Positions 16,139 to 24,000 of a stretch of 24,000 bases of DNA are shown here, one piece after another (within the stretch, counting starts at the first letter, position 1; each line of letters begins with the position of its first letter). Origin of the DNA: an uncultured Prochlorococcus sp. (GTDB taxonomy: Bacteria > Cyanobacteriota > Cyanobacteriia > PCC-6307 > Cyanobiaceae); assembly GCF_902536725.1 (NCBI RefSeq), contig NZ_CACAYO010000012.1:10902-34901 (forward strand), given 5' to 3'. A program made the position numbers and the translations under genes. The notes under the pieces were generated by a model that worked only from the letters and a program-made list of their open reading frames with translations, had not been told where the DNA came from and made no database searches.

Positions 16139-17386
16139 ATGAATGATATTTCTGAATATTTACACGGGGAATTAATAAAAATTCCATTTAATCTATATAA
16201 CCTAATTACTAAATACATAGAATCTCATAACAATACTAAGGTAGCTTTTGTTGGCGGTTATCTAAGAGATTTATTAATAAGTAAATTCCACAAAAAATCC
16301 TTTTCTGAACCTTTAGATATAGATCTTATTATTGAAGGTTCTTCTATTTCTTTGGCAAAATTTATAAAAAAAAATATTGTAAATGTAGATTTATGTTTGA
16401 TCAAGGAATTTAATTTATACAACACTGTGGAAATAAATATAAATGACTATAAAATTGATATTGCTTCTGCAAGAAAAGAAACTTACCCTGCACCAGGGTT
16501 AAATCCCATAGTAACTAAAAGTACTATTAAGGAGGATCTTAAGAGGAGAGATTTCACTATAAATTCAATAGCCTTCGAGGTTGAAACAAGGAAAATCTAT
16601 GATCTTTATGGCGGAATTCTTGATATAAAAAATAAAAAATTGAACTTACTTCACAGTAATAGTATTTCAGATGATCCAAGTAGATTAATCAGATGTGCAA
16701 AATATGCTTCAAGGTTAGATTTCAATATTTCAAATAATTCCCTCAAACAATCTCAAGAAACAGTTAGAAAATGGCCATGGAAAAGTTCAGAAACTCATAA
16801 AAAAATGATTTTCCCTCCGGCACTCGGCATACGAATAAGGATGGAACTAGCTGAAATTTACAAACATGATAATTTGAATAATGTAATTTCGATAATTAAT
16901 AAATGGGAAATTATCTCAATCTTAAATGAAAATATTAAGGTCGATAAAAGGTTTTTAAGAGGACTAAATTGGATTAAGAAGTTGAATGGAAATTATATGC
17001 TTTACTTGTTAAAAGATTCAGAAGATTTAGAAACAGCATGTCAAAGATTTTTGATAAATAATAGTGAGATAAAAATGTTAGAAGATTATTTAAATATAAA
17101 AAACATATTAAAAACCAACCAAAAAAAATTCATGCATTTTTCTCCATCAAATTGGACAGAATTTATTGAGGACAGAAATCTAAATGATGAGACAGTCAAA
17201 TTATTAATTTGTGATGGAGGCCTACACTGGCATAATTTGTTTAAGTGGTTATTTATTTACAAATCCATAAAATCAAAAAAAGACGGCAAAACATTAAAAA
17301 AAGAAGGATGGGATCCAGGAAAAGAAATGGGAAAGGAAATCAAAAGATTAAGATATTTAGAAATTGACAAATTAAATAGAAATTGA
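16139..17386 (+). CDS. Class II nucleotidyltransferase (CCA-adding enzyme / poly(A) polymerase family)
   Basis: 415-aa ORF with the motifs GGYLRDLL...DIDL, RRDFTINS and DPSRLIRCAKYASRL. It starts 5 nt after the pcrA stop. Confidence 0.8.
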   Translation: MNDISEYLHGELIKIPFNLYNLITKYIESHNNTKVAFVGGYLRDLLISKFHKKSFSEPLDIDLIIEGSSISLAKFIKKNIVNVDLCLIKEFNLYNTVEININDYKIDIASARKETYPAPGLNPIVTKSTIKEDLKRRDFTINSIAFEVETRKIYDLYGGILDIKNKKLNLLHSNSISDDPSRLIRCAKYASRLDFNISNNSLKQSQETVRKWPWKSSETHKKMIFPPALGIRIRMELAEIYKHDNLNNVISIINKWEIISILNENIKVDKRFLRGLNWIKKLNGNYMLYLLKDSEDLETACQRFLINNSEIKMLEDYLNIKNILKTNQKKFMHFSPSNWTEFIEDRNLNDETVKLLICDGGLHWHNLFKWLFIYKSIKSKKDGKTLKKEGWDPGKEMGKEIKRLRYLEIDKLNRN

Positions 17387-19558
17387 TTAAATTTTTACAA
17401 CTTCTCCAACCTTGTACCATTTATCTTTAAGAGTATTTTCATATTTAGGATTGCAACTAATCAACAAGGGGCCACATGTTTGAGGATCTAATAGTAATGC
17501 TATTCTCTCGTCAAAAGTCTCTTTATCTAATGAACTTTCGTTTAAAAAATTAATTATTCTTTTTTGCTGATTTCCTTTATAAATTTTGTCAAAAATTTCT
17601 TTATTAGATTCAAAGAAAGTACTTTTAACATCTTTTCTAATTAAATCAAATACACCAGGATAAGCTTTAAATGCAAATAGATCTAATAGAACTTTAAGGG
17701 GCTCAAGATTATTTCTTTCCCTATGTAAATTAGATGATTCAATCATCTCTTTAAGGTGTCCAATAAATCCATATCCAGTAATATCAGTGGCAGCATTGAC
17801 TAATGATTCTTTAAATTGATCTTGAAAAAGGTAAATTTCATCAATCAAATATTGCTGACTCTTTAATAAATTATCAATTATTTCAGAAGAACTTTCTAGC
17901 ATATTAAAATTTTGCATCAGACCGGCAAAGTAAATCCCAACGCCTAGAGGTCTAGACAGCATAAGAATATCTCCATCATTCATTCCAGATTTAAGCCATG
18001 GTTTTGCGCCATTTTTTAAAATGCCTTGGACAGTTAAAGAAACATCTATTCCTAATGAATAAGGTTTGTTTACTAAACTTCTTGCCTCGAAAGTATGTCC
18101 TCCTAGTAATTCACCTCCATGATCCTCAACTGTTGATTTAATACCTTGAAGGGACTGAGAAAAGAGGTAACTCTGAAATTCCCTTTCCACTTTTGGTAAT
18201 GAAATTAAAGCCTGCGCAGATGAAAGTTTTGCTCCGCATGCCCACAAATCTGAGCTGGCATGCAAAGTAGTAATTTTTGCATTAAGCCAAGGATCACTTA
18301 CCAAAGCAGGAAATCCATCTACACTTTGCAAGATAATATCTTCACCATTTTGATAAATCTCAACTGAATCTTCAGGGGATGAGGCAAAAGAATCTAAATT
18401 AGATTTTATTAATGATTTATTCAAAACAAACTGAGGAATCTTAGCTGCACATCCCCTGCAATCATTGAATGAAATATTTTTTTCACTACTTTTCATAATT
18501 AGCCTTTTTAATCTAAATTTATTTACAAATTTCAGATCAATTTTATGTTTTAAAATCCAAAAAAGAAAAGAAGGGCCAAAAACAAAATTGCGATAAATAG
18601 CAAAAGCCTTTGCATGATTGCTTGGAAATGTATTAACTATTTGCAATCCGATCTTTTGAGGAAACCACTTCTTTAATGACACCCCTTTTACATCATTTTT
18701 TAGATTTTGTACTAGTGTGTTTACAACTTTGACTGCAAAAACTCCTGATGCTGGTCTTCTTGCTGAATCTACAACTGCACAATCACCCGCAGCAAAAATT
18801 CCGGAAAAACTTTTCAACTGCAAACTCTGATTTGTAATTATTCTGCCATGAGAATCCAAATCTAATAAATTTTTTTGTGCCCATGAAGGAGATTTATTTC
18901 CAGTACATAATAGAATCTTTCCATACTCGAAATTAAGATTTTCAACTAAATCAATATTGGAATTCCGTAAACTCTTTAGAATTTTATTATTTATTTTTCT
19001 TGAATCGCATAATAATTTTAAAGATCTCCCTCTCCATCTTTTTCTCAAAGCATATGATACTTCAATTGCAGCTAGGCCACTCCCAACTATTACAAATGGA
19101 AGTTCATTCACTGAATCAAAAATGTCCTCTTTTTGTACTAAGTTATAAGCCCTCAAAAAAGGTTTAATCGTAAAAGCATTTCGATTTTTAACTAGTGACT
19201 CAAATTCTTTTGGAATTATTGTTTGACTTCCATAATTAAGCACCAACTTCGAATAGTTAATTGAGGGTCTATTACTTAAAACAATTTTTTTTAAATTGAA
19301 ATCAATATCCTTTACTTCTTCTTCTATAAAAGATACTTTTGCATTTTTTGCTAAGGATTTTATATCAATTAAACTCTCTTCTAAAGAAATTGAGTTAGAA
19401 AGAACGGATGGGAATAACGCCGAATAAACTAAATGAGAATCTCTAGATATAATTGAAACAGGAATTTCTGGCATTAATTTCGGACACATTAACCATTTGT
19501 TCAATAAAAGAACATTTGTGTGTCCTCCCCCAATTAATACCATATGATTAAAAGTCAT
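17387..19558 (-). CDS. selD: Fusion protein: N-terminal FAD/NAD(P)-dependent pyridine nucleotide-disulfide oxidoreductase-like domain plus C-terminal selenide,water dikinase (SelD)
   Basis: 723-aa ORF. The N-terminal part has VLIGGGHTN (Rossmann), VIVGSGLAAIE (a second dinucleotide fold) and FAAGDCA. From about aa 360 it has the SelD features NDCRGCAAKIP (Cys/Lys active-site loop), ATDITGYGFIGH and an AIR-synthase-like fold. The start could also be Met-6. Confidence 0.85.
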   Translation of the reverse strand: MTFNHMVLIGGGHTNVLLLNKWLMCPKLMPEIPVSIISRDSHLVYSALFPSVLSNSISLEESLIDIKSLAKNAKVSFIEEEVKDIDFNLKKIVLSNRPSINYSKLVLNYGSQTIIPKEFESLVKNRNAFTIKPFLRAYNLVQKEDIFDSVNELPFVIVGSGLAAIEVSYALRKRWRGRSLKLLCDSRKINNKILKSLRNSNIDLVENLNFEYGKILLCTGNKSPSWAQKNLLDLDSHGRIITNQSLQLKSFSGIFAAGDCAVVDSARRPASGVFAVKVVNTLVQNLKNDVKGVSLKKWFPQKIGLQIVNTFPSNHAKAFAIYRNFVFGPSFLFWILKHKIDLKFVNKFRLKRLIMKSSEKNISFNDCRGCAAKIPQFVLNKSLIKSNLDSFASSPEDSVEIYQNGEDIILQSVDGFPALVSDPWLNAKITTLHASSDLWACGAKLSSAQALISLPKVEREFQSYLFSQSLQGIKSTVEDHGGELLGGHTFEARSLVNKPYSLGIDVSLTVQGILKNGAKPWLKSGMNDGDILMLSRPLGVGIYFAGLMQNFNMLESSSEIIDNLLKSQQYLIDEIYLFQDQFKESLVNAATDITGYGFIGHLKEMIESSNLHRERNNLEPLKVLLDLFAFKAYPGVFDLIRKDVKSTFFESNKEIFDKIYKGNQQKRIINFLNESSLDKETFDERIALLLDPQTCGPLLISCNPKYENTLKDKWYKVGEVVKI

Positions 19559-19568
19559 TTACATCACT

Positions 19569-20462
19569 ATGAATAAAGAACATTTATTACCAATTGAAAA
19601 ATCAAGATTAGGAGTGATTGGTGGAAGTGGATTTTATTCAATGGATCAAATAGAGTACTTAAGAGAACTAGAGATCAATACTCCCTATGGTAAACCTTCT
19701 GATTCAATAAAAGTATATAATCTTGGAAATCTAGAGATAGCGTTTATTCCTAGACATGGCAGAACACATTGTTTAAATCCTTCTGAAATCCCTTACAAAG
19801 CTAATATTTGGGCTCTAAGATCAATAGGAGTAAGATGGATTATAGCTCCATCAGCAGTTGGTTCATTACAAGAACAGATAAGACCACTTGATATAGTGGT
19901 TCCAGATCAATTTATAGACCGAACAAAAAATAGACCTGCAACCTTCTTTAACGAAGGAGCAGTGGCACATGTAACAATGGGAGATCCATTCTGCACAAAT
20001 TTATCACGAATATTAAGTGAAATTGGAGAAAAAAATATTCCTGGAGGTAGACAATTGCATAGAGGTGGTACCTATCTAGCAATGGAGGGTCCCGCTTTCT
20101 CAACTAGAGCAGAATCTAAATTATATAGAAGTTGGGGTTGTTCAATAATAGGAATGACGAACCATACAGAAGCAAGATTAGCTAAAGAAGCTGAAATAGC
20201 TTATTCCTCATTATCTATGGTTACTGATTATGATTGCTGGCATCAAACTCATCAAGATGTTTCTGTAGAGATGGTGTTGGATAATCTTAGATCTAATACT
20301 GAAGTGGCTAATAAAATAATATTTGAAGTTGCTAAATTAATTGAAAAAGAGAGACCAAAAAGTAAGTCACATTTTTCATTAAAAGATGGATTGATAACCC
20401 AAAAGGAAAATATCCCCAGCTCTACAATAGAGAAGTTAGGGATATTTATTGATTCTTATTAG
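19569..20462 (+). CDS. mtnP: S-methyl-5'-thioadenosine phosphorylase
   Basis: 297-aa ORF with the motifs GVIGGSG, IPRHGRTH, GMTNHTEARLAKEAEI and MVTDYDCW, typical of MTAP. Confidence 0.92.
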   Translation: MNKEHLLPIEKSRLGVIGGSGFYSMDQIEYLRELEINTPYGKPSDSIKVYNLGNLEIAFIPRHGRTHCLNPSEIPYKANIWALRSIGVRWIIAPSAVGSLQEQIRPLDIVVPDQFIDRTKNRPATFFNEGAVAHVTMGDPFCTNLSRILSEIGEKNIPGGRQLHRGGTYLAMEGPAFSTRAESKLYRSWGCSIIGMTNHTEARLAKEAEIAYSSLSMVTDYDCWHQTHQDVSVEMVLDNLRSNTEVANKIIFEVAKLIEKERPKSKSHFSLKDGLITQKENIPSSTIEKLGIFIDSY

Positions 20463-20496
20463 ATACAAGTGATTATCAGATCAAAGTGAGGGTTAA

Positions 20497-20694
20497 TTAG
20501 CCTCCAGCTCCAACACCTTGGTATGAGCCGTAGAAGAATATGCCTAAAACGAAGATTACTGCAATTCCACCTGCTGTAGCAACAAGCCATAGAGGAAGAG
20601 TTCCTTCAGTCCATCTTCTTTCCCATGCAACTGCTGGTCTACCGTCGGGAAGTCTATCTGGAATTCTTCCATCAGGTCCTTTTAATTTACTCAT
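20497..20694 (-). CDS. psbJ: Photosystem II reaction centre protein J (with N-terminal extension)
   Basis: 65-aa ORF. The C-terminal [33 protein letters not shown] is the PsbJ helix. It is the last gene of psbEFLJ. Confidence 0.9.
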   Translation of the reverse strand: MSKLKGPDGRIPDRLPDGRPAVAWERRWTEGTLPLWLVATAGGIAVIFVLGIFFYGSYQGVGAGG

Positions 20695-20703
20695 AATTTT
20701 AAT

Positions 20704-20823
20704 TTAATTGAAAAAGTAACTGGAAAATAAAATTCCCAATACGAAGACAGATAATAAGCCTAAATAAAGACTTGTACGATTAAGTTCAACTGGAACTTTG
20801 TTAGGGTTTTCGTTTACTTGCAT
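20704..20823 (-). CDS. psbL: Photosystem II reaction centre protein L
   Basis: The start is corrected to the internal Met: [39 protein letters not shown] (39 aa), the canonical PsbL. The ORF-track extension to 20916 overlaps psbF. Confidence 0.92.
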
Positions 20824-20834
20824 GATAGTTAAAT

Positions 20835-20981
20835 TTATCGGGCTACGAATTGCATAGCAGCAATAGAACCTAAAAAGAATACTGACGGGATGGCTAGTGC
20901 GTGAACTGCTAGCCAACGAACAGTGAATATAGGATAAACGCGGACTTCAACAGCCTGCATTGGAGCTTGAGAATTAGTCAT
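20835..20981 (-). CDS. psbF: Cytochrome b559 beta subunit
   Basis: Not in the ORF track (48 aa). Hand translation: [48 protein letters not shown], with the haem-ligand His in [11 protein letters not shown]. It starts 2 nt after the psbE stop. Confidence 0.92.
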
Positions 20982-20983
20982 TG

Positions 20984-21232
20984 TTATTTTGTTCTTAAGT
21001 CTAGTTGAGATTTAGCTTCATATCTTTGTGTTACAACAGGCGCTTTAGATTCAGATGATTGGAAATAACTATCTGGACGAGGAGTTCCAAAAGCATCGTA
21101 GGCTAAGCCTGTGTATACAAATAGGAAGCCTGCTATAAAAATAGCTGGTAGTGTTACTGCATGAATAATCCAGTACCTAATACTGGTAATTATTTCAAAG
21201 AATGGGCGTTCACCCGTTGAACCTGCGGCCAT
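20984..21232 (-). CDS. psbE: Cytochrome b559 alpha subunit
   Basis: [32 protein letters not shown]..., with the haem-ligand His in RYWIIHA. I prefer the ATG at 21232 (82 aa) over the GTG at 21238 used by the track. Confidence 0.93.
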   Translation of the reverse strand: MAAGSTGERPFFEIITSIRYWIIHAVTLPAIFIAGFLFVYTGLAYDAFGTPRPDSYFQSSESKAPVVTQRYEAKSQLDLRTK

Positions 21233-21369
21233 AATCACAATTGTTTACCATACGATCTTACAGTGTAAAATCATAAGATTGCGAAGAAATTAACAGCTTG
21301 GTTACAGACAGTTGTTAAATTCATCCAAAATTAAGATTTTTTTTATTATTTTCTTAAGTTATTCCAGAT

Positions 21370-22383
21370 TTAGCCATTCCATTTAAGAATGTAACCACGC
21401 TCACCAAGTATAAATCCTTTCTGATTATCTAAAGATTCCTTATCAAGAAAAACTATTTTTATGTAGTTAGTGGGCAATGCAGAAGCGATAGGATCTGAAT
21501 TCCATGTTTCACCTTGATCTTTACTTACTATTAAAGTGCCATTACCACCGCCGGCCCATATGTCGCCGTTTGGATCCCATCCCATGTCTAAGTAATTGTA
21601 ACCATTAAGAATAGGTATTATGGGCTTTGACCAACTTTCTAGATTATCAGAATCTTCATTAAATCTAATTTCCGCACCTCTTGAAAGCATCCATAAACTT
21701 CCTTCTGGATTAAAACCAATGCTTTGCACTCTCTTACTACTTGCTCTTTGATGTGCAATCCATGTATTGCTGTCGCTATCAAGAGTAGAGAAGAAATTTC
21801 CAAGACTGCTTACGCTCACATAATCACCGCTAGATGTTCTTCTTAAATCTCTTATACCTCCCTGTTCCGAGGGGTCTGATACTTTTGCCTCCCATGTTTC
21901 ACCACTATTAGAAGTTTCATAAATAGCTGCAGATGTTGTCGCCAATTGAGCAACTCCTTCATCAATAGTAGTAACTAAAAAAGGCTGGCCTGGTAATTTA
22001 CCTAATGAAAGCCTAGTCCAATTTTTACCTTCATCAAAAGTATGCATAACGAGAGAGGGTTGTCCTATTAACCAACCTTCAGAACCCTTGAAGTCAATAT
22101 CGAGAAGGCGAAAATTCTCTTCAGCAGAAATATCTAATGTTCTTTTTTCCCATGTTTCACCACCATCAGTTGTTTCCATAATCAATCTGTTTGAGCCAAC
22201 TAAAAACCCATGATCATTATCTATGAAATCAACATCTAGAGCATTAGCTTGGTCTTCAAACTGAATTGTTTTCCAAGGGCTACTTTCATTCATTTTGACC
22301 CCTGTGGATGAACAACTGCTTAAAATAAAACAGAGAACTGCAGATAATAGAAGATTGGGAAAACTGGTAAAAAATTTTTTCAT
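21370..22383 (-). CDS. ycf48: Photosystem II assembly factor Ycf48/HCF136 (beta-propeller lipoprotein)
   Basis: 337-aa ORF with a lipoprotein signal (lipobox LSSC). It has repeated propeller blades with the recurring T.DGG.TW / S.D.G.TW pattern. It lies between rubA and psbE as in other cyanobacteria. Confidence 0.9.
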   Translation of the reverse strand: MKKFFTSFPNLLLSAVLCFILSSCSSTGVKMNESSPWKTIQFEDQANALDVDFIDNDHGFLVGSNRLIMETTDGGETWEKRTLDISAEENFRLLDIDFKGSEGWLIGQPSLVMHTFDEGKNWTRLSLGKLPGQPFLVTTIDEGVAQLATTSAAIYETSNSGETWEAKVSDPSEQGGIRDLRRTSSGDYVSVSSLGNFFSTLDSDSNTWIAHQRASSKRVQSIGFNPEGSLWMLSRGAEIRFNEDSDNLESWSKPIIPILNGYNYLDMGWDPNGDIWAGGGNGTLIVSKDQGETWNSDPIASALPTNYIKIVFLDKESLDNQKGFILGERGYILKWNG

Positions 22384-22392
22384 TTATTTATA

Positions 22393-22821
22393 TTAATGCA
22401 AAGAGTACAAAGAAAGGAACATAGCAGCAGCAAAAGCCAATCCTCCAAAAATCAATATATTTTTTTGACCAGGTGGTAAACTGTTAAATCCAAATCCATA
22501 AACTAAATTCTCTTCAAATCCACTTGGTTTTGCTCTGGATCCAATATCCTTGTAAAAATTTTTTCCGGCTCTACAAACAGGGCAAGCAAAAGTATTCCCA
22601 TCTAACTTTGAAAAAGGAGTATTTTTAGGTATATTTAATTTTTTATTTCCTTCAGACGGATCATAAATATATCCACAACTTCTACATTCAAATCTATTTT
22701 GTTCTAAATTGGTAGAAGATTTTTCAACATTTACTCCTGAGGAATTTTCAGAAAGTTTTTCTTTCTCAAAATCTTCAACTATTTTGTTTTCCTCAGACGC
22801 TGGTTGAATGTTTTCACTCAC
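22393..22821 (-). CDS. rubA: Membrane-anchored rubredoxin RubA
   Basis: 142-aa ORF. The rubredoxin Cys pairs are CRSCGYIYDP and CPVCRAGK. The C-terminal TM helix is ILIFGGLAFAAAMFLSLYSL. Confidence 0.88.
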   Translation of the reverse strand: MSENIQPASEENKIVEDFEKEKLSENSSGVNVEKSSTNLEQNRFECRSCGYIYDPSEGNKKLNIPKNTPFSKLDGNTFACPVCRAGKNFYKDIGSRAKPSGFEENLVYGFGFNSLPPGQKNILIFGGLAFAAAMFLSLYSLH

Positions 22822-22898
22822 GGTTTATTATTGTTCTTTAAGAACTTTAAAAGATTTTGCTTAATTAAGCGACTTTTATTCAAAATTAATTTTTTAAG

Positions 22899-23261
22899 AT
22901 GTTTTTATTAACTGGCTATGAATACTTCTTGGGTTTCCTTCTTATTGCCGCAGCTGTTCCAGTATTAGCTCTAGTTACTAATCTCATCGTTGCCCCAAAA
23001 GGCAGAACAGGGGAAAGAAAACTTACATATGAATCTGGAATGGAGCCCATCGGAGGAGCATGGATTCAATTTAATATTCGTTATTACATGTTTGCCTTGG
23101 TTTTCGTTATATTTGATGTTGAGACAGTATTCCTTTATCCTTGGGCTGTTGCCTTCAATAGATTAGGCTTATTAGCTTTTATTGAGGCTTTAATCTTCAT
23201 TGCAATACTTGTTATTGCCTTGGCATACGCATGGAGAAAAGGTGCTTTAGAATGGAGTTAA
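22899..23261 (+). CDS. ndhC: NAD(P)H-quinone oxidoreductase subunit 3 (NDH-1 NdhC)
   Basis: 120-aa [43 protein letters not shown] is the NdhC/NuoA signature. Confidence 0.95.
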   Translation: MFLLTGYEYFLGFLLIAAAVPVLALVTNLIVAPKGRTGERKLTYESGMEPIGGAWIQFNIRYYMFALVFVIFDVETVFLYPWAVAFNRLGLLAFIEALIFIAILVIALAYAWRKGALEWS

Positions 23262-23265
23262 AAAA

Positions 23266-24000
23266 TTGAATCCACAATTATCCCCAAAAGCAATAAGAGA
23301 AATTCGAGAAGGAACTTGCAACCCTCTTGGCGCACCACAAGTTACTACAGATTTAAGCGAAAATATTATATTGACAAGCTTAGATGATCTACATAATTGG
23401 GCCAGGCTAAGTAGCTTGTGGCCTCTCCTTTATGGAACAGCTTGCTGTTTTATTGAATTTGCTGCTCTAATAGGATCTAGATTTGATTTTGATAGATTTG
23501 GATTAGTGCCTAGAAGTTCACCAAGGCAAGCAGATTTACTAATAGTTGCAGGGACAGTAACAATGAAGATGGCTCCTGCGCTTGTAAGACTTTATGAGCA
23601 GATGCCTGAGCCAAAGTATGTTATTGCCATGGGTGCTTGCACAATCACAGGGGGAATGTTCAGTGCAGATTCTACAACTGCTGTAAGAGGCGTTGATAAA
23701 CTGATACCAGTCGATTTATACCTCCCAGGATGCCCACCAAGACCAGAGGCGATTTTTGATGCTGTAATTAAATTAAGAAAAAAAGTTGGTAATGAATCAA
23801 TTTTAGAGCGCACAAAAACAGGACAAACTCACAGATACATAACATCTGATCACGAAATGAATCTCGTTTTCTCAGAAAATACAGGTGAATATCTAAACAA
23901 AACTTCGGCTAACGTCATACCCTCCTCCAAAAAAGAAAAAATAACTGAATTACCTGTAAACACCGCAAAAACTGAAATTATCAATTCTGTAGAAGATTAA
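23266..24000 (+). CDS. ndhK: NAD(P)H-quinone oxidoreductase subunit K (NDH-1 NdhK/NuoB)
   Basis: 244-aa ORF with a TTG start 4 nt after the ndhC stop. The Fe-S ligand motifs are [18 protein letters not shown] and [10 protein letters not shown]. The TAA stop is at the last bases of the window. Confidence 0.93.
   Translation: MNPQLSPKAIREIREGTCNPLGAPQVTTDLSENIILTSLDDLHNWARLSSLWPLLYGTACCFIEFAALIGSRFDFDRFGLVPRSSPRQADLLIVAGTVTMKMAPALVRLYEQMPEPKYVIAMGACTITGGMFSADSTTAVRGVDKLIPVDLYLPGCPPRPEAIFDAVIKLRKKVGNESILERTKTGQTHRYITSDHEMNLVFSENTGEYLNKTSANVIPSSKKEKITELPVNTAKTEIINSVED

Noticed and set aside
18957-19148. 63-aa plus-strand ORF inside the selD-fusion gene
   Set aside because: It is antisense to the second dinucleotide-binding fold of the oxidoreductase domain and is a shadow frame.
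17387-19558. An in-frame UGA selenocysteine or frameshift in selD
   Set aside because: The ORF is continuous for 723 codons. The active-site loop encodes Cys (TGC at 18460-18458), not TGA, so no recoding is needed.
20824-20916. N-terminal extension of psbL in the ORF track (70-aa version)
   Set aside because: The extra 31 codons overlap psbF in another frame. Canonical PsbL begins at MQVNENPN..., which has its own ATG 11 nt after the psbF stop.
23592-23813. 73-aa ORF antisense to ndhK
   Set aside because: It is antisense to the Fe-S cluster-binding motifs of a conserved gene.
1-24000. A novel defence, mobile or accessory system somewhere in the window
   Set aside because: Every substantial ORF on a coding strand has a confident housekeeping or photosynthesis assignment, and the gaps are short. 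I saw no integrase, transposase or recombinase, no repeat-spacer array, no toxin-antitoxin-like pair, no nuclease/helicase/methylase cassette (the only helicase is an ordinary UvrD/PcrA), and no obvious compositional break. Claiming a new system would be invention.

Overview
The window looks like core chromosome of a high-light-adapted Prochlorococcus-type marine picocyanobacterium. The DNA is very AT-rich by eye (not computed), genes are tightly packed, and TTG/GTG starts are frequent. Gene order as I read it: minC (5' truncated)-minD-minE, tRNA-Thr(UGU); on the minus strand psbM-prmC-tsaC plus a possible small coupled membrane ORF, then a 2Fe-2S ferredoxin-like gene; psbB-psbT with a clear terminator; nrdR; ribosomal protein S1; metK and an FGGY-family kinase; tRNA-Phe(GAA); a small secreted hypothetical protein; a TVP38/DedA-like membrane protein; the reduced phycoerythrin locus (cpeS and an orphan, degenerate cpeB, with no cpeA); a possible 68-aa ORF; pcrA/uvrD; a CCA-adding/poly(A) polymerase-family nucleotidyltransferase; a flavoprotein oxidoreductase-SelD fusion; mtnP; the minus-strand photosystem II cluster rubA-ycf48-psbE-psbF-psbL-psbJ; and ndhC-ndhK. 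Four short PSII genes (psbM, psbT, psbF, and psbL with a corrected start) and partial minC are missing from or mis-delimited in the ORF track, so I translated them by hand. I see no integrase, transposase, CRISPR array, toxin-antitoxin pair, restriction system or other mark of an accessory or defence island, and I cannot honestly claim a new multi-gene system here. The items worth a second look are smaller. They are the orphan single-cysteine phycoerythrin beta subunit and its convergent overlap with cpeS, a cpeS gene with no ATG/GTG start overlapped by an unannotated 59-codon ORF, the oxidoreductase-SelD fusion and its extreme packing against both neighbours, a possible tandem NrdR-box pair on the nrdR promoter and start codon, a structured SD-less S1 leader, an extended PsbJ, and a TAATG-coupled small membrane ORF after tsaC.
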